A DNA stretch of 64,000 nt from Squalus acanthias (lineage: Eukaryota): NCBI GenBank assembly GCA_030390025.1, contig JASTWF010000034.1:2046001-2110000 (forward strand), in the 5' to 3' direction. Both the position numbers and the translations under genes were made by a program. Position 1 is the stretch's first letter; each line of letters opens with the position of its first letter. Below are positions 61,698 through 64,000 of this stretch, in pieces. The notes beneath the pieces were generated by a model. That model did not search any database and was not told the DNA's origin. It saw only the letters and a list, made by a program, of their open reading frames with translations.

Positions 61698-62330
61698 GGT
61701 ATTAGAAGGGGAGGATTTGCAGACAAGAAACTCAAAACAAACATCACGCCAAGATCTGAGAGTCACTCGATTCATCAGGACCTGAATATCATCGGCCTTT
61801 GAATACGGAAGGAGAAATCTTTCTCTGTTCTTGTGTTTGGGAAAGGATTTTACACATCATGCGACTGGGAAAGCACTGAGACCCATTCACACTTGAGCGA
61901 GAGTGTTCCAGTGCACTGACTGTGGAGAGACCTGTAACCAGCTACACAGCCTGAAAAAACTTCGCACCATTCACAGCAGGGAGAAACCGTTCACGTGTTC
62001 TGTGTGTGGACGAGGCTTCAACCGATCGTCCAAACAGGAGAGACAGATGGACCTTGGAGTAACCGTGGGAATGTGCGGACTGTGAGAAGGGATTCAATTA
62101 TCCGTCTGAGTTGCAAATTCATCGGGGCAGACACACAGGGGAGAGACTGTTTACCCGCTCCGTATGTGGGAAGGGATTCAGTCGGTCATCCATCCTGCTG
62201 AAACACCAGCGAGTTCACACTGACGAGAGAATCTGTTCACCTGCTCCATGTGTGCGAGGGGATTCACAAGGCCATCCAGTCTGGTGAAACGCAAGCGAAT
62301 ACACTCTGAAAGCTGACCTTTTAAAAGTTC
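61698..62330 (+). pseudogene. Decayed C2H2 zinc-finger array exon
   Basis: Acceptor ctcctttttcag|; [34 protein letters not shown]; missing His ligands and frameshifts. Confidence 0.8.
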
Positions 62331-62768
62331 TTGTAAGTATTGGTATGCATAGATTATTAAATATAATACACTGGTTTACATATGGAATAATATCAATATT
62401 AAGCTAGAATAACCAGGGATTACGTTAGGTTAGAATACAGTCAAGAAAAACGCACATCTGCTGCCGAGCATGGGTAAGTGTGAAGTTTGAATTTAATGCC
62501 AGCAGGGTATCTGGAGGACTGCGGGGGAGTGTGGCCAAAGAATTAGTCCCTTTTGTAAAGGACATTGGAAGCTGTGAGGGTTTGAAGGTTAAATAAGCAG
62601 GTAATTAACACTCCTGTGTGGGAGAGTAAAGAACAAACTGATAGAGATTTATGGGCACGCACAACGAATGATAACAGCTCACCTCCCCACAAAACGAGCA
62701 GCTCACCTCCCCACTTCACCAGCAGCTCACTCCGCACCACATATGCAGCTCGCCTCCCCACTGAATCA

Positions 62769-63368
62769 TAGTGTTACTGTGAGGCCTGTGGGGTATATCA
62801 GTGTTACAGTGAGGGGTGTGTGGTATATCAGTGTCACAGTGAGGGGTGTGGGGTATATCAGAGTTACAGTGAAGGGTGTGGGGTATATCAGTGTTACGGT
62901 GAGGGGTGTGGGGTATATCTGTGTCACAGTGAGGGGTGTGGGGTATATCAGTGTTACAGTGAGGGGTGTGGGGTATATCAGTGTTACAGTGAGGGGTCTG
63001 GGGTATATCAGTGTTACAGTGAGGGGTGTGGGGTATATCAGTGTTACAGTGAGGGGTGTGGGGTATATCAGTGTTAAAGTGAGGGGTGTGGGGTATATCA
63101 GTGTTACAGTGAGGGGTGTGGGGTATATCCGTGTTAGTGAGGGGTGTGGGGTATATCAGTGTTAGAGTGAGGGGTGTGGGGTATATCAGTGTTACAGTGA
63201 GGGGTGTGGGGTATATCAGTGTTACAGTGAGGGGTGTGGGGTATATCAGTGTTAGTGAGGGATGTGGGGTATATCAGTGCTTTACAGTGAGGGGTGTGGG
63301 GTATATCAGTGTTACAGTGAGGGGTGTGGGATATATCATTGTTACAGTGAGGGGTGTCGGGTATATCA
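62769..63368 (+). repeat. 30-bp G-rich tandem repeat, about 20 homogeneous copies
   Basis: Unit cagtgttacagtgaggggtgtggggtatat. Confidence 0.95.
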
Positions 63369-63478
63369 AAAGGGGATTGGATAAGTGGGACTTGCTGAAG
63401 TGCTCTTGCAGAGAGCCGGCACGGGCTCGATGGGCCGTAAGGCCTCCTTCTGTGGTGTAACCATTCTATGATTCTATA
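63369..63478 (+). mobile_element. Short CR1 3' end
   Basis: gatgggccgtaaggcctccttctgt..cattctatgattctat tail. Confidence 0.75.
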
Positions 63479-63492
63479 GAGCCAGAGATGTC

Positions 63493-64000
63493 CAACAACA
63501 ATAACTTGTATTTAAATAGAGCCTTTAACGTAGTAACACGTCCTAAGGCGCTTCACAGGAGTATTTTAAGACAAACAATTTTGACATTGAGCCACAGAAG
63601 GTTAAATTCGGACAGGTGACTAAAAGCTTGGCCAAAGTGGAAGGTTTTAATGAGCGTCTTCAAGGAGGAAAGAGTGGTAGCGAGGCGGAGAGGTTTAGGT
63701 TGGGAATTCTAGAACTTAGGGCCTAGGCAACAGGAGGCACGGCACCAAATGTTGAGCGATTATAATCAGGGATGCTCAAGAGGGCAGAATTAGAGGAGTG
63801 CAGATATCTCGGGGGGTAGGGGGGCAGAGTTGTGGGCTGAAGGAAATTAGAGATAGGAAGGGGCGAGGCCATGGAGGGATTTGAAAACAAGGATGAGAAT
63901 TTTGAAATCGAGGTGCTGCTTAACCGGGAGCCAGTGTAGGTCAGCGAGCACAGGGGAGATGGGTGAACGGGACTTGGTCCGAGTTAGGACACGGGCAGCC
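63493..64000 (-). mobile_element. L2-clade LINE 3' end, runs off the window
   Basis: Tail aacaacaataacttgtatttaaatagagccttt..aaggcgcttcacagga and a decayed RT C-terminus on the minus strand. Confidence 0.7.

Overview
Eukaryotic, repeat-dense vertebrate DNA. The repeat families and receptor type suggest a cartilaginous fish (shark); this is recognition, not a database result. Most of the window is tandem arrays and nested retroelements: CR1 LINEs (two nearly complete), L2, RTE and Penelope-like fragments, a tRNA-derived SINE and Harbinger remnants. Host-gene content is a GPR139-like class A GPCR locus (two paralogous promoter + first-exon modules at about 25.7-26.2 kb and 38.9-39.2 kb, and one large second exon at 44311-45211 carrying a 1-nt frameshift), plus a CpG-island promoter and a decayed C2H2 zinc-finger exon near 60-62 kb. 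Highlights: (1) three different CR1 copies place a U_UUA_AAC-type slippery heptamer directly before the ORF1 stop, with ORF2 in the -1 frame (AUG-less in two), suggesting programmed -1 frameshifting; (2) a ~16 kb, 47-bp satellite with higher-order structure is an amplified CR1 reverse-transcriptase motif (WREVYSGVPQGSVLG), and a native parent-like copy lies about 200 bp away; (3) other arrays derive from a SINE core and a Harbinger intron; (4) minimal hammerhead ribozyme cores occur in Penelope-like ends; (5) a tandem array of YY1 motifs follows the GPCR stop. Most long ORFs in the ORF track are artefacts of stop-free repeats. Element boundaries were read by eye and are approximate unless junction bases are quoted.
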